From NCBI GenBank assembly GCA_002633005.1, contig NMRA01000515.1:213004-277003 (forward strand): a stretch of DNA of 64,000 bases, given 5' to 3'. A program made the translations under genes and the position numbers. This stretch comes from Phoronis australis (Eukaryota > Animalia > Phoronida). This document shows, piece by piece, positions 46,416 to 59,267 of the stretch. Under the pieces are notes generated by a model. That model searched no databases. It was not told where the DNA came from and saw only the letters and a program-made list of their open reading frames with translations. Numbering within the stretch: the stretch's first letter is position 1; every line of letters starts with the position of its first letter.

Positions 46416-49400
46416 GGGTACTCGACTACAATTTTGGACTGCGCGCGGAGCCCGCGGGTGCAACTGAAATCTACCAAACTCATCGCCAGTATGCTCAAAA
46501 GGTAAATTCCTTTCACCACGTTTTTCTGACTGAGTTGTTAAGCCTGAAACAAGAAGAGATATTCAGTGTTCAGTTAGAAATTAGTTCATCTTTTGCCACC
46601 AAAGTTTTGTTTTTAAAATATTGAACATATGAAACCCATTTCCCCTTGGTTTTAGATTAGAAAAAGGAACCTCCTATAGGGTTTTTAATTCCTAAAGTGA
46701 ACCCTTCTGTAGGAAATCAGTAAATCGTTAAAAGATACCATTTCGTAGAGAATTTTGTCGGGAATGGCATTTTTTTCTGCGGGAAACCGAGGAAGTGAAA
46801 AGTCATGAATGTGAAGGACGCTGATTATCAGATGGTATTGCACGGGTGTTAACATTACTTTTCAGCATAGTGTTACTCATACGGTTAGCGTATAGGCGCA
46901 TGGGTCTAATTCCGGACATGGGCGCAACTTCAAAGATGGCTGCTTGGGCCTAAATACACTCGTACTCGTTAAAACTATTCCAATGAAAGTTACAAATTCA
47001 GTTGGAGTTATGCGTTATGATTTGTGCAACAATAATGTTGTAACATTTCCTTACTAAATTTGGCCAGTCAGTCCCTAAATGTTAGGTTCCATCAAATTGT
47101 ATTACTCAAGGGTTTTGGAGCTCTTGCATTACGCCTTACTGTGAAAGCCAGCAAATATTTTTTGGTGAATCACATTATGATACAATGTTTAGAATGTTAC
47201 TATGGTATGTATGTTGTAGACTTTGTGCTTTGTTGTTAGAAACTTGTAATGAAATAAAAAATATAACGTCTTAGACTTGACAGGACATTGACGGGAATAC
47301 GTTTGTACTGGGAGAAACTGAATTTTTAAAGTAGTCTAAAAAGTTCGCTCTCAGCAGAATGCTCTCTCATGGCATCATAAATTATCTATAAATCACACGC
47401 TGTAGTATTGCAAATCCTCCTTGAGACTCAGATTCACCGATTCGTTGCATGTATATTGCCTTTCCTGCTTATCAAATTTATTAAGAAAGTTATTTGGTCA
47501 AAGGAGTGATTATCCAATTATTGAACGTTAAAAGGCGCAATTTTCGAAGAACAGCGCATCGAGCCAATTAGATTCAATTTGGATCCAGCGGTGGAAAGAG
47601 GGACGGGGGACGTGAAATTGTCAATCATGACATTCTCCTCATTGTCTGAGGTGTATATTTCACTCCTGCCATTAGGTGTATGGCGCCACCGTCTGAGTTT
47701 GAGTAGTTCGGGAGCTGGTTCTTGACTAATAGTGAGAATGAGGCCCTGATGATAGCGCAATTAGGTGAAGCACTTGTCAGCTCCTCTTCTCGTCAATATC
47801 CGGTGTTATTTACACAAAGAAACCAAACTATTGTTTTAGCAATCTTGGTTACCTGTTCGCTTTAGACATCAAAGCGCCCTTGGATGCTTTGAACACCTGA
47901 ACAATTAATTTAATTACAAAGTCTCGGTTCAAGGTAATTATGGTATTGCTGTTGCAGAAATTAACAAGGGGGTTTAACTTGCGTTGACAAACAGTTTGTC
48001 CAAATAAATCACACTTTCAACGGAAACGCATGGAAGGCTTTTGAAAAGTTTCCTAAATTTCGGAATGCAGCAATTAGTCAAGGTTGGAAGAAATATGCCA
48101 CGTAGGCAAGCACTAGTCCAGAAACTGAACTTCAAAATTATAAAATTAATGAAGAACATACGTGTCCGGAAATCTATGGATTCAAATAATCATTATCAAA
48201 TAGTTGACTCATGCCAATTAGTAAAGCGTTTCAACAACGAAAATGTTTAAGTTAGATTATCAACATTACCGTACCTATGTTGTATTCGGATAGGGCAATG
48301 CACTGCACACATAGTCGATATGGCAGACTGAAACTCTGCTAAGGAAGGTACATACAGGAATATTCGGACTTTTCATTGTGTGCGTGTGTGGGGGAAGGGN
48401 GCAGGGGAGTATGTTTAAAAAATCAGTTGTCCGAATTTCAACTTTATCAATTGACTGAAACTTCAAATTCTTAAAAATGTTCTTGTAATAGACTTTCTAT
48501 TGTTTACAACTTACACAGAAGTATCACAACGAAAATAGGAACCAAAACCAAAAAATTCACGTACTACCGTACGATTTCGAATTTTCTGGTTACTACTGAC
48601 TAGCGAGACTTTTTTCAGCTTCAGTAGATGACAGTTGAAGACATGCTCCTGTGCGTCTAATGTGTGGTATCCAGGGATGATGCTGGATAAATATCATATA
48701 CCAAGATATTAACAGTAAGTTGTGAAATTTTATTGCAGAGAGAAAATATCTCTACTTAATGAGGCAGAAATGTGTTATTCTTGTGGCGGTCTTCAGAACC
48801 TTGCACCGATTATCACACAAAGGTTCATGTGGGACCTCTTCCAAATTAGGGATATTTCATGTAGTTCAAGATCTGGTGATTCTTTCTGTGCATTTTGCAA
48901 GCACCACCAGATGCGGATAACTGTGATCTTCGGTGCCAAGCTCTGGAACTTTCTACCGAGGGCGCTGGATGATGTGGAGTTTTATTTAGTGGTTTCAAAA
49001 TCACCCAGTCTTTGTAGATCGGCATAGACTGCACATGCAGTTGCTGTCGGAAGGTATTATACATATTACATTTCGTGTCCTCATCTGGCCCCTCCGCGTA
49101 TCTCTCGGAGTTTTTATCATTCTCAGTGTTTTTTTAAATTATGGGTTTTATAATTTAAATGTCAGTGGTATTAGTCTTCTACTAGTGTTTTTCCTGTTTT
49201 CAAAAGCTCAAGTCGAATGATTTATCTGTCTATCTAAGTCAAGATGTCCTTCTTCCTCGGGGTTTAGAATATGTCTCCCCAAGAAATTTTCAATATTTAT
49301 GTGTGGAGGTTATAGTTTCAGAATTAGCAATAAGCACTTTGAGCGTGACATTATTAAAATGTGCAAAGTTTGCAAGACATGCCTGTACGGTCTTCGCAGA

Positions 49401-52400
49401 TACTTCATCGGCGGAAGCAAAATGAAGCAACAACAGCAGCGTGATGCGTGAGGAAACTTATATTGAATACAGTAACTAGGACCGGTAGCGGACCGGGGGG
49501 GGAGGTTCGATCGGAATCGGTGTTACCTGTTTTTTTAGTCCACCTATAGTTTCCTAAACAAAAGGTCTACATCCCCCGCCCCCCAAAGCTTTCGGGCCGC
49601 CACGTGCACGTACAACCGCGCTTTGCCCAATTCTCCGAGGCAACATGTTACGGTATCCTAGGTCCACCACTGTACTTACACCGGAAAATCTGACCTACAC
49701 AACGGCGTATTGCAAGAATTGTCCTTCTACAAAAAATGATGGTTTTCGTTTCCAAAAGAAATATCATTTTCAGTTGTATGTGTAAAAAACTATCATAACA
49801 TAATTGCCCATACTTTTGGCGTTTAATCGATATTGAATTTCTAGACACGCGCACGCGGTATTTTGCATGAAAATGCAAAGCGACCATCTGGGCCAGTTGA
49901 AAAGTCAGTAAAATCTACTTCCCTGCTTGACTGAGCAGGAATGTTTGGCACATCTACTATTCTGAATTTGTTCGTTTATCCTACACGTTATGCATGGCAA
50001 CAAGTATTATCTGCCTGTCATCAACTTGTCACGGGTACGGTCATTGGGGATACGCTAGTGCATAAACCCCTCCCCAGACCAGCAGAAGGCGCAGAACACC
50101 ACGACTATGTTGCCACTGAGTAAGCATCTGGTTCGACGACACACGGCAAGACTCTTGTTGTGGCTTTTGGCCATTAGCAACACGGCCCTTATATGATGCC
50201 AGCCGCGCCGCAGTCGACTATCATCGATTAAGTCTGCCAATATGAGAGGAAGTATGGTCAGTGATTCGTCGACGAGCCCAACATTAACATCAGCCTAGTA
50301 TAGGAACCAGTGATTTACTGGGTTCTTAGACGAGTATAGGCAGCGGGGTTGGTTATATGTGTATGAACCAGCAACCTGCACGGCGTGGCCAGGTGCGAAA
50401 GACCACACCACAGTATGGGTGGCGTGATAGGAAGACAGCCCAGTTCAGTAGTGGCCGATGTCGCATGATATACTGGCGTGCGTTCAGTAGACGCTAGGAC
50501 CTACGCTAGGACCTAGCTAAAACCTAGTTCAAGTCACGTGTTCTAATTTAAAATGCACGGCAATATCTCACGTAATCTCGCGAAGTCTTGCTTTTTAGTG
50601 AGGTCCTCCTGAACGGGAGGCTGTACTCGTGAAATAATTGTACCCGGTCGACTTTGCACATGCGCAGATTTGACATTATAGAACGCTGCCGAAAATAGCG
50701 TACCAGGCTAGTTAGGCTTTACTGAATTGGACAAGCCCATTACAATACTTTCTTGACAGGCATTTTTATTAAGATTTAACAACTTTCATAAAAGGTATAC
50801 TGAATATCCTTTGTATTTGGTAGGAACACTGTTGACAGTAAACCCATGGTCGACAAGTTCTTTGTTCCCGGTGCGTTTAAGTTCCATGACGTCCCTTATC
50901 ATGGAAAACAGTTAACGAGTCCTGCTCATTTATTATTAAATTTATAACGGTTTTCATCACTGTTAATTTCATAATGGAACTAGAGCTAAGTGGTTGTTAT
51001 TTTTAACGTATTTAGTAGGGCTACGAATGATATTGGTCAACAGGCCTACTGACTGAATATTCTCAGCACATTCCCGAATAAACAGAAACTAAAGTGACCT
51101 CAAGTACACGCAAAAAGGCACTAGCAACCTTTTTTTAGTGTTATTTCAAAGAAAACCTTGCGTCGTGTGACGTCAGGGTACTTGAGGTACACTATATTCC
51201 GGGTGCATGCGCAACGGAAGGTTTCCAGACTTAATTTCCAACAGAAGCTATGGCAATAGGTATTTTTTCGTGTGACTCCACTCTAGATGCTAGATGCTAT
51301 CATGACGTTACCGCCTGTCGTACTTTTACCCTAATCTTATACAAATAACTATAGATGTTTAATTATTTGACCACCGTTGTCTGCAAATGGGGGCCTCGCA
51401 TTTTCCCGACCTGTGACTTGTTACATTGAACTCGGTATTTGTGTATTGTTCACTAAAAGCTACACCGGGAAGCTTAAGATCAAAAGGTTAGATCTGTAAA
51501 GTAATTGTGCATAAACATTTACCCACTTTGCTACTCACAACAGTTAATAGTTCATCAATTGATACAATCAAAAACATAACAAAACAAAAATCTTAATGAC
51601 TCCACTTACATCATTACGCGCCAATATAGGCTAATTTGGCTTGAGACTAGTCAAGTGATGCGCTTTTCAGCAATTGAGCGAGACGCATATTTATGAACTA
51701 AGGTTCTGTCTGTGCCGGCGGGGAGTGGCGCGCTTATAATATGATAACAAATGGGGAGGTACTGAAGACCCAATCTACTGAATGTGAAAATGTGGAGAAT
51801 ACTACAGATTAGGCGTGAAAAATAATGAAAGGCTTGTTTAATAGGATAAATTTCTCTGAGATTTTGCAGGTTAAATAATGAGCGTGGCGCCTACTTGACA
51901 ATACATTCCACGAACGTGTTGGCAAATTAGTTAGCTGTGTTCAAAACTATTTACTAAGAATGAAAATTGTTAGAAATTAAGATAATGGATAATTTGAAAC
52001 GAGATTTCAACCTCAAAATGACGTATTTTGGTGAAAACGATCCAGATCGGTTCAGGTTCTTTGGACGAACCTGAGTCAGTGATCAAACATTGAATGTCCC
52101 CGCAAGTAAGTAAATAATTACAAATTATGAAATCACTTTTCTGACTTTCTTTGGCATGTCTTTCAATTGCTTTATGGATATATTAATGTTAGAGTGAAAT
52201 TAAAAATATGTGAATAAGTAATATAAAGTAACTGAAGTTAAGTTCTAGTCTTAGCGCTGTAACAGAGTTTTGATCAACCGTATAATCTTGATGCTATTAT
52301 GTAAATTCGAAAGGGAAGTAGATTTTTTTTATTAAAAGTGGCCCTATGATAGAGCTTTTTATCAAAAATAAGGTGATAACGCGCTTTAAAATATAAATTT

Positions 52401-54482
52401 TCGGGTATGGACGGGTTTTGCTGCTCTGAGTGTGGTCCTTTGATAAACAAAAGGTGGGAACTAAAAGCTTATCAGGTCGCCGGATAACATGGGATCCTGT
52501 TTTACGCAATATTAGTGGACGATGTACTCGAAGCAGTTACCGGGTTGGCATTTGATTTATGCAGAGCAGGTGAACGTTGCATAAAGCCGTCATTTAATAG
52601 GACGAATTGTTAATTAATCAAAGGATAAATTGAAATTTAATCAGGACTTACGTTCTGTAGCTCCTGTTTGTAAATTGTTAGGTTGGCGCGCACTCCGTTT
52701 CTTCTAATGTACATGCACAGGCAAAAAGTGTTAATATGAAATTCACAATAGTCTTAAGATTTTGAGAAAACACAATGATGACAAGCGACACTAATCAACT
52801 GCTGAACTACTTGAAGCAAAAAATTAAGAATTAGACGTGTTATCAACGAAAGAGCAATAATACGAATTACTTCGATGAAAGCAATCGACAATACCACAAG
52901 AAAACGTTTCGGAAATATAACGAAAAAAAAACACAGCAAGATGCTTGTTTCCTTTCGGGTCTACAAAATCGAAATCACCGCGAACGGTGGTTGCAGGGGT
53001 ATCATAGCGATTTCGTTCTTCGAACACACACACAACAAGCTGTAAGTGTGCAAGAGGCGAGGAAGTCAGGCTTCATTGATAGAAATTTTGATAAGGTAAA
53101 GAAATAAGTTCAGCTATTCATATTCTTGTATGTCCTTATAACGCCACTAACTGTTCTAACCATAGACATCACATACATCGGGCGCGTGGGATTCGGATAA
53201 ATGGAGCTCGCGTTGTCAATATGACGCCATATTGGAAAGTGTGACACAGGACAAAAATGGAAAACACTGAGACCTACGGCATCAGTCAGGAAATACTGGG
53301 GCTCGCAGTGTTATGCCTGCAGCCAAAGAGTTAAGTTTTTGGTCCTGCCATTGAGTCATGGCTTATTTGGTTCGCGAATTAGTTTAGTGGTGCTACCACT
53401 AGGTTTTATAGGTTCTGCTACCATAGTTTAAGCAGTGCGACCATGCGTTGTTTCCACCTCAGTTTTGTTGACTGAGACCATATAAGAGCAAATAAAAAAT
53501 ATTGACCAGTACATGCTGTTATCCTATGATGATGCTGTTTTTTTAATTGTACTTAAATAAATATGTCGTATTAATGACAATCACGTGTTTTCATTTGTAC
53601 TGAAAAACAATATCTACACGCTCGAACTTACCCGCCAGCCATCCAGTGCATCTATGTGAATTACATGTTATCTATTGAAATATCTACTGCTTTAAAAACT
53701 AATTTCTTAATATATATTCCAAAATCAGATATTTTTCTGTTATATCAAAAAAAAAACAAATCCACAATCTATACTTATGTCGAAGTTGACATTGAAATTC
53801 TGAAGATTTGCACTGCTTGCTTACGAGCTCTTTGTTTTGTGACTGAAATATACGCAAAAAAAGTGTATGGTAACCAAACTATCAAATCTGTACGACTGAA
53901 TTTCGTACACGACCTATACCCAAAATGTAAAATTTCCCACTCGAAACCGAGCTATCAAACCTGTACGACTGAACTGCGCACATGACATATCCAAAATACA
54001 AAACTTCCCACCCGAAACCGAACGGAAATATACCCAACCAAGCCAGTGTAACATGAAATAATAATAATTTAATGGGAAAAATTTTCAACCGATGAAAATA
54101 TAACCCCATGTCCGTGAAAACTTGCCCCGTCATTATTCAATGGTTCCTCCGCAACAGGGGGCTGGGATAAGAAGACATGATACCCGCAATAGGGAATTTT
54201 TGAACAATATTCGATACTCGGATGTTTATGTCTGGGGGTGACCTGAATGGCGTGCGACAAGGGAAATGCACATGCCTTGCTTTTTCAGTATATGCTGCAA
54301 TTAGGCAGAGAAAGTACTGAAATGCGTGCAGGTCAGGAATATGATGTTGGAGCTGGGCTTGTCTGGATATTATAATGACTTTCTGAAACATGTTTGAGGT
54401 GGTGGCGTGTTACAACTATTATTAAAATCTCTTAGTCTGTTTACACCGACCTCTTGTCTGTTTACATTGTCAGGTCGTGGAT

Positions 54483-54560
54483 GACTCCGCGATGTAGTGG
54501 TTAAGGTGCTGGAATCAAAAGTAGTTTCAGAATTCGTGGGTTCAAATCCTTCCTCGAACA
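54483..54560 (+). pseudogene. tRNA-derived Pol III promoter region (not a functional tRNA)
   Basis: A-box-like gatgtagtggttaagg (~54491-54506) and B box ggttcaaatcc (54539-54549); acceptor and anticodon stems are not intact. Confidence 0.65.
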
Positions 54561-54630
54561 ATTTATAATCAAAAAATCACACCATGATGAATGTACCAAA
54601 TATCCGTGCTCGTTCTTCTAAGAACGCAGG

Positions 54631-54676
54631 ACCACCTGACGATGGCCGGAGAATAGACCGACCGAAACGTCGTGAC
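54631..54676 (+). ncRNA. Minimal type I hammerhead ribozyme (Penelope-type)
   Basis: cac-c-CTGACGA-t-ggccgg-agaataga-ccgacc-GAAA-c-GTC^-gtg: conserved core, stem II with one mismatch, very short stem III (gaaacgtc), stem I cac/gtg. Confidence 0.65.
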
Positions 54677-57600
54677 AATGTAAATAGACAAAGAGGTCGG
54701 TGTAAATAGACCAAGAGATGTTTAAAATACTTGTAATGGATATTATGTCCGTGACTGAGAAGCGAAAACAATATTTTTTTCGAACAGTACTTTGTTCAGT
54801 TGCCCAAATCGGCAAATGGCCATTTTTACACTGTTCGTGCCAGGATATAATATCTGATTATTTGGATGAAGATTAGTCCCAAAATACTTGGCCACATGTT
54901 AAGAATCTTCCGATCGCAGCCAACTTTTTTGTTATCAAAGTGAATCCGTGAGAGGGTCAAGCGTGCGTGAGAGAATAATTTTAAATTTCTCGTTTGAGCG
55001 ACGCGCAGTACGGGGTATATTAGGCCGATGAAGGAAAGGAACGGTTTGAAATAATGTGTGGTATCGAAGCTGATCTCTTTGTGAGCTAATAATTACACGA
55101 TGTGGGGATACTACAACCCGCCAAAAGTGCCTGGAGCTTTATCAGGGGACTTCAAATCCGTGAGAGAGGAATAGGATGCGAGAGAGAAGAATATTTATAC
55201 GCTGACAATCCAAGCGACACACAGGAAAGGTCTTGTTAACCATAAAAACCTGTCATTTATTTAAATGACTCCATGGGGTCATTTTTTCACAATAGTTCAC
55301 ATTAAATTTAAACCCCATTAAAAAGCGACCCGGGTCATATTTTAATTTAAAAGTTACTCGGGAAAATGAGCTGTGGGTCATTTTTCGTAGGGACGTAATT
55401 TATTACTACACAAGCGTATACCTGGGGCGAAAGTACCGTACCACCCGAGTGAGCGGCACGTCCCTGTATACTACTGGATATACTGTATTTGCTTCGAGCG
55501 ACACGAACCAAATGATGAAGTGTGCGCGATCTTACTATTTTCTCGTTAAAAACTAAATCGCTCGCTATGGATTGACAAGCGTGCAGCCGCACAGGCCACT
55601 CGGGCATAGGCTGCCACTGGTTACGATCGACTGATTCACTCTAAAAAACGCATTTAAGTGCTATATCACATGTTTTTATGTTTCTGAAAAAGTCACACTC
55701 TTCTGGGTATTTATGCGTTAGAAAATTCGCATTTTGAAAAGGTCAATTTGTCCCGTTTGTTTACACGGCGAGTAACCGTGTCACGTGACTAGAAACACTT
55801 TCCAATATGGCGTCAAGTTGTCAGCTGCAGTTAGCTCGTGCGCCCGGTCTATAGTATAAGATGTCTATGGTTCTGACGGACCGCAATCAGATGTAACAAG
55901 TATTTATTCAAGTGTCATCACGCCGGATAACTAATATATCAATGCCATCAGGTATAATAACAAACATTTTATCCCACAGTCACATGGGTGCCCGATCAAA
56001 GGCAAAACTTTACCTTTGTTAATAACGTTACCAGTTAATCGCCCATGCTTCGTTCTAATAATATCAAATTACAATATTAAACGGTGTCTAGCAAAATATC
56101 AGCGATGTTATCCGTGAATAATGTTAACGACTTCTTAATGACTACGGTGACGAATATTAACTGTGCAAGTTACAGTACCTCGCTGTGCCAGTGTTTGCAG
56201 GAACAAAAACACATGAATCATTACATAATCTACGTTTTTTTGTTACAAAGAACTGTCTCCTACGGGAAAAAAATTGGACAATTGGACGCATGTTTTTATA
56301 ACAGTGAGACAAATTTCAATGGTCTGTGCATGTTCACATCAACTTAGCTTGTTATCTGCTGTCACGGAGGAAAACGACAATAACCTAGCCTGAAAGTTTA
56401 TTTTTCTGTCAACTTTCACCAATCTAGAGATTTCTTAGTACCAATTGTCCACTAACGATTTATGATTTTGAAGACCTTCTCATACCACAAAATACAAAAT
56501 GAAGACGAATTGGAATTCTCACTGCGTCCCAAACAAAATGTTTCTTAGGAAACTGATAAATTCCAGCAGCTATGTTGCACTGGTGGCTTGTCCGATTTGA
56601 AATGTCTTTTCTCCAGTCACTTACAGTAAAAGTTGTGGATGCCACTGAATAGTTTATTAGCCAATCCAATGCTACTCAAATAGTTGGAAGTTGTTTGGCA
56701 AACACAGTCAGGATGCATACAAACAAACAGGTCAATACAGCCGAATGACACCTTGATGAGCTAATCATCTACCTGTCTTCCACCTGCTCTGGTACACCGT
56801 TTGAACGGCTATACATTAATGACAGAATTAGCTGTCCTGTTCATACGAATAATGCATTTCATTCTTTTATTTAATTAGGTTTATGATCATATTTCCCCAA
56901 TTGCCTTTTACAATATCACACGCACTTGTAACGAGGAGTAACGCGTAGGCCTACTAGCTTTTTGGCAAAGGTTTCAAGTGAGGTCAGCATCACTATTTCA
57001 GTCCCGTTCAGCATTGTTTGCTTTTAAATCATTACCATATAAAGAGTTAGTGTAGATGACAATAGGTAAAATGTTGAACTCGTACTGAACTCTGCAGCCT
57101 AAGCTATTCGTTTTGGTACTTGAGAGAAAGAGAGTGCTTGACAACAAAAATGTATACATGTATAGTGAAGAAAGGGTATCTGGAAGATGTTATTGAATGA
57201 GTTTATAGGCAGGGTTTAGCATACTTTCTGGATTAAACTAAGACGAAGAAATGGTCGCGTAGACTGTCAAATGCTCATCTATAGTTTAGTTTGATCCATG
57301 TAAGTGGGCGATTTACGGGATTTAGGCGATATTGCCTTTTGATCCATGTATAAACAGGCTCGCAATTAAGCAATTGCTTGTCTCCCGAGATAATGACCAT
57401 TTGTAGATGGGTGGGATTGAGTTATTGTCGTCCTTCAGAAATTATTGAAGATCATGGCAAATTTGATCCAAATCTCCTTAATACCTTTGCCTGATTTCAT
57501 TTGTGAGAGGATTTAGTTAACGCCTAAGCTTTTTATTGAGGAGACGGTCTTTGTATGGCCACGTGCTTTAGGGACCGTGGCACGCGTGCAGGGGACTACA

Positions 57601-59267
57601 CTAGATCTGACTGAAAAATGCTAACGACTACTTGAACGTAATTATCTTTTAAAGACGTGTCACCAATTTACTGGTGGCTAATACCCATACGGAATAATAA
57701 TAGTGCTCAAGCCTTGACTCGAAATATTGGATAATTTTGTCGCTCTGGTTCAGGGCCTATAATTATGAATGGACCACAGGTGAAATCGGCCAAGCTGCTA
57801 TTGCATAGCGTGCGTAAAACACCAGAATTATTTTTTGGCAGGTGATCGTTTTCATACCGAAACCAGCGTGTATAGGACTAACAAATAAAATGTAATCTGT
57901 TATTCATTTATAGAATTATGATTAAACCGTCATTATGTTTCCGTAATTCTCTGTGAGGCGCAAAAATTCAGGATATTTTGGTTGAGTCTAATGGTGAAAC
58001 AAGGACGGTATTGGTACGATTTTTCAAGCAAAGATGTGCACTTTAAAAGCAACAATCTATAACATTAAGTAGCATGCTATTTTTATTTAAGCCAATTTAG
58101 AGAGCAGCGTTTGTAAATAAAGGACACAAACGCGCCAACTCTACCTTAGGTTATAATGATTATTATTGACATTTTATGAATTGTACTGCAAAGTATTAGC
58201 TCACTAATGTATTAACATTAATTTTCAGTAGATACAAAAATAAGAACAATATAAATGAATCACAGAGCAGTTTTTAAAGAAAACGTCGACTGAAAAAAAT
58301 GCATTGAAGTTTTGTGTTGACTGGTGAGTTACATTCTGAAATTTTGCCTGTTTTCGAAATGCCTTGTATAGTTTTAGTGATGCGATACAGTTGAGGATCA
58401 ATGTTTGCGTTCATTTTGCCACAGTTGTAAGTAATTGGTCTTCGCTCAGTGTGATATTGAAACGCCTATTTGAAAAAAATGCGATAAGCGTTTTATTTTC
58501 TTTACTATTAGTTGTTGACTTGATTTAGTCTGTTTTTTAGCAGTGAAAACCATTAGTTAAGACGATGAACGCCAACCGCTATTGAACATTGTGCGCTAAT
58601 ACCTGAAGCCATGTCTCTGGTTACTGCGAGATATTGTATGACAAAATCAAATCAAATATACTTAGACGGATTATTAACGATAGCAAACTCATTTATTGCT
58701 TGAACAAACATTATCAACAAGCTGATTGGAGATGTCACAATAGATTGCACATGATACAAATGCTAATTTGCATAATTTCCTCGAACATTAGGATTAAACA
58801 AAGACGTATAAATTAGTTGAGAAGTCAAACGCACAATAAGACGTTTATTGCAATGGAACATTGGTGCAGGTATAGAACCGATGTGAACACATTCGCTTCA
58901 CGCTGCTATAGGCAAGTAACGTTCAATAATACGGATGTTGGTCAATATCTTAATGTTCTTAACTTAATACACAGGTTCGAAAGTCCTATAGTTTCAACAC
59001 TGTATTTCAACATTTAAACATGTACTATAACGTATGTGTATTAGACCTACAAGTACATCAATCGTGCACTAATACTGTCACAAGAAACTAATACAAAATT
59101 TGAAACACAAGCGGGAAGTTCCCCTTAAAAATACAACAAAAAAAACACGTTAACTGCGCAACCCGCAATTAGCAATATCAGGAATGTCGATTAGTACCCC
59201 ATTGGCATTATCTGTATAAATGTAGAGGTTTATAAAAATAAATTAACCATAAACTGTCGTTAACACG

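Larger units (their letters stand above)
54417..54729 (+). mobile_element. Non-autonomous Penelope-type/retrozyme-like cassette: inverted repeat, tRNA-like head, hammerhead, inverted repeat
   Basis: 54417-54472 is a near-perfect reverse complement of 54673-54729; the A/B boxes and hammerhead core lie between them. Confidence 0.65.
53161..55869. mobile_element. Non-autonomous P-element-like (or hAT-like) DNA transposon, 2709 bp, with nested inserts
   Basis: TIR CATAGACATC...GATGTCTATG; 8-bp TSD gttctaac/gttctgac (1 mismatch); subterminal inverted tgacgccatattggaaagtgt/acactttccaatatggcgtca. Confidence 0.75.

Noticed and set aside
46004-46519. 171-aa ORF as a gene upstream of OXR1
   Set aside because: It runs across a MITE (46151-46415), has a non-ATG start and shows no recognisable domain.
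54483-54560. Functional tRNA gene
   Set aside because: A and B boxes are present but there is no intact acceptor or anticodon stem and no immediate T-run terminator; it is embedded in a repeat cassette.
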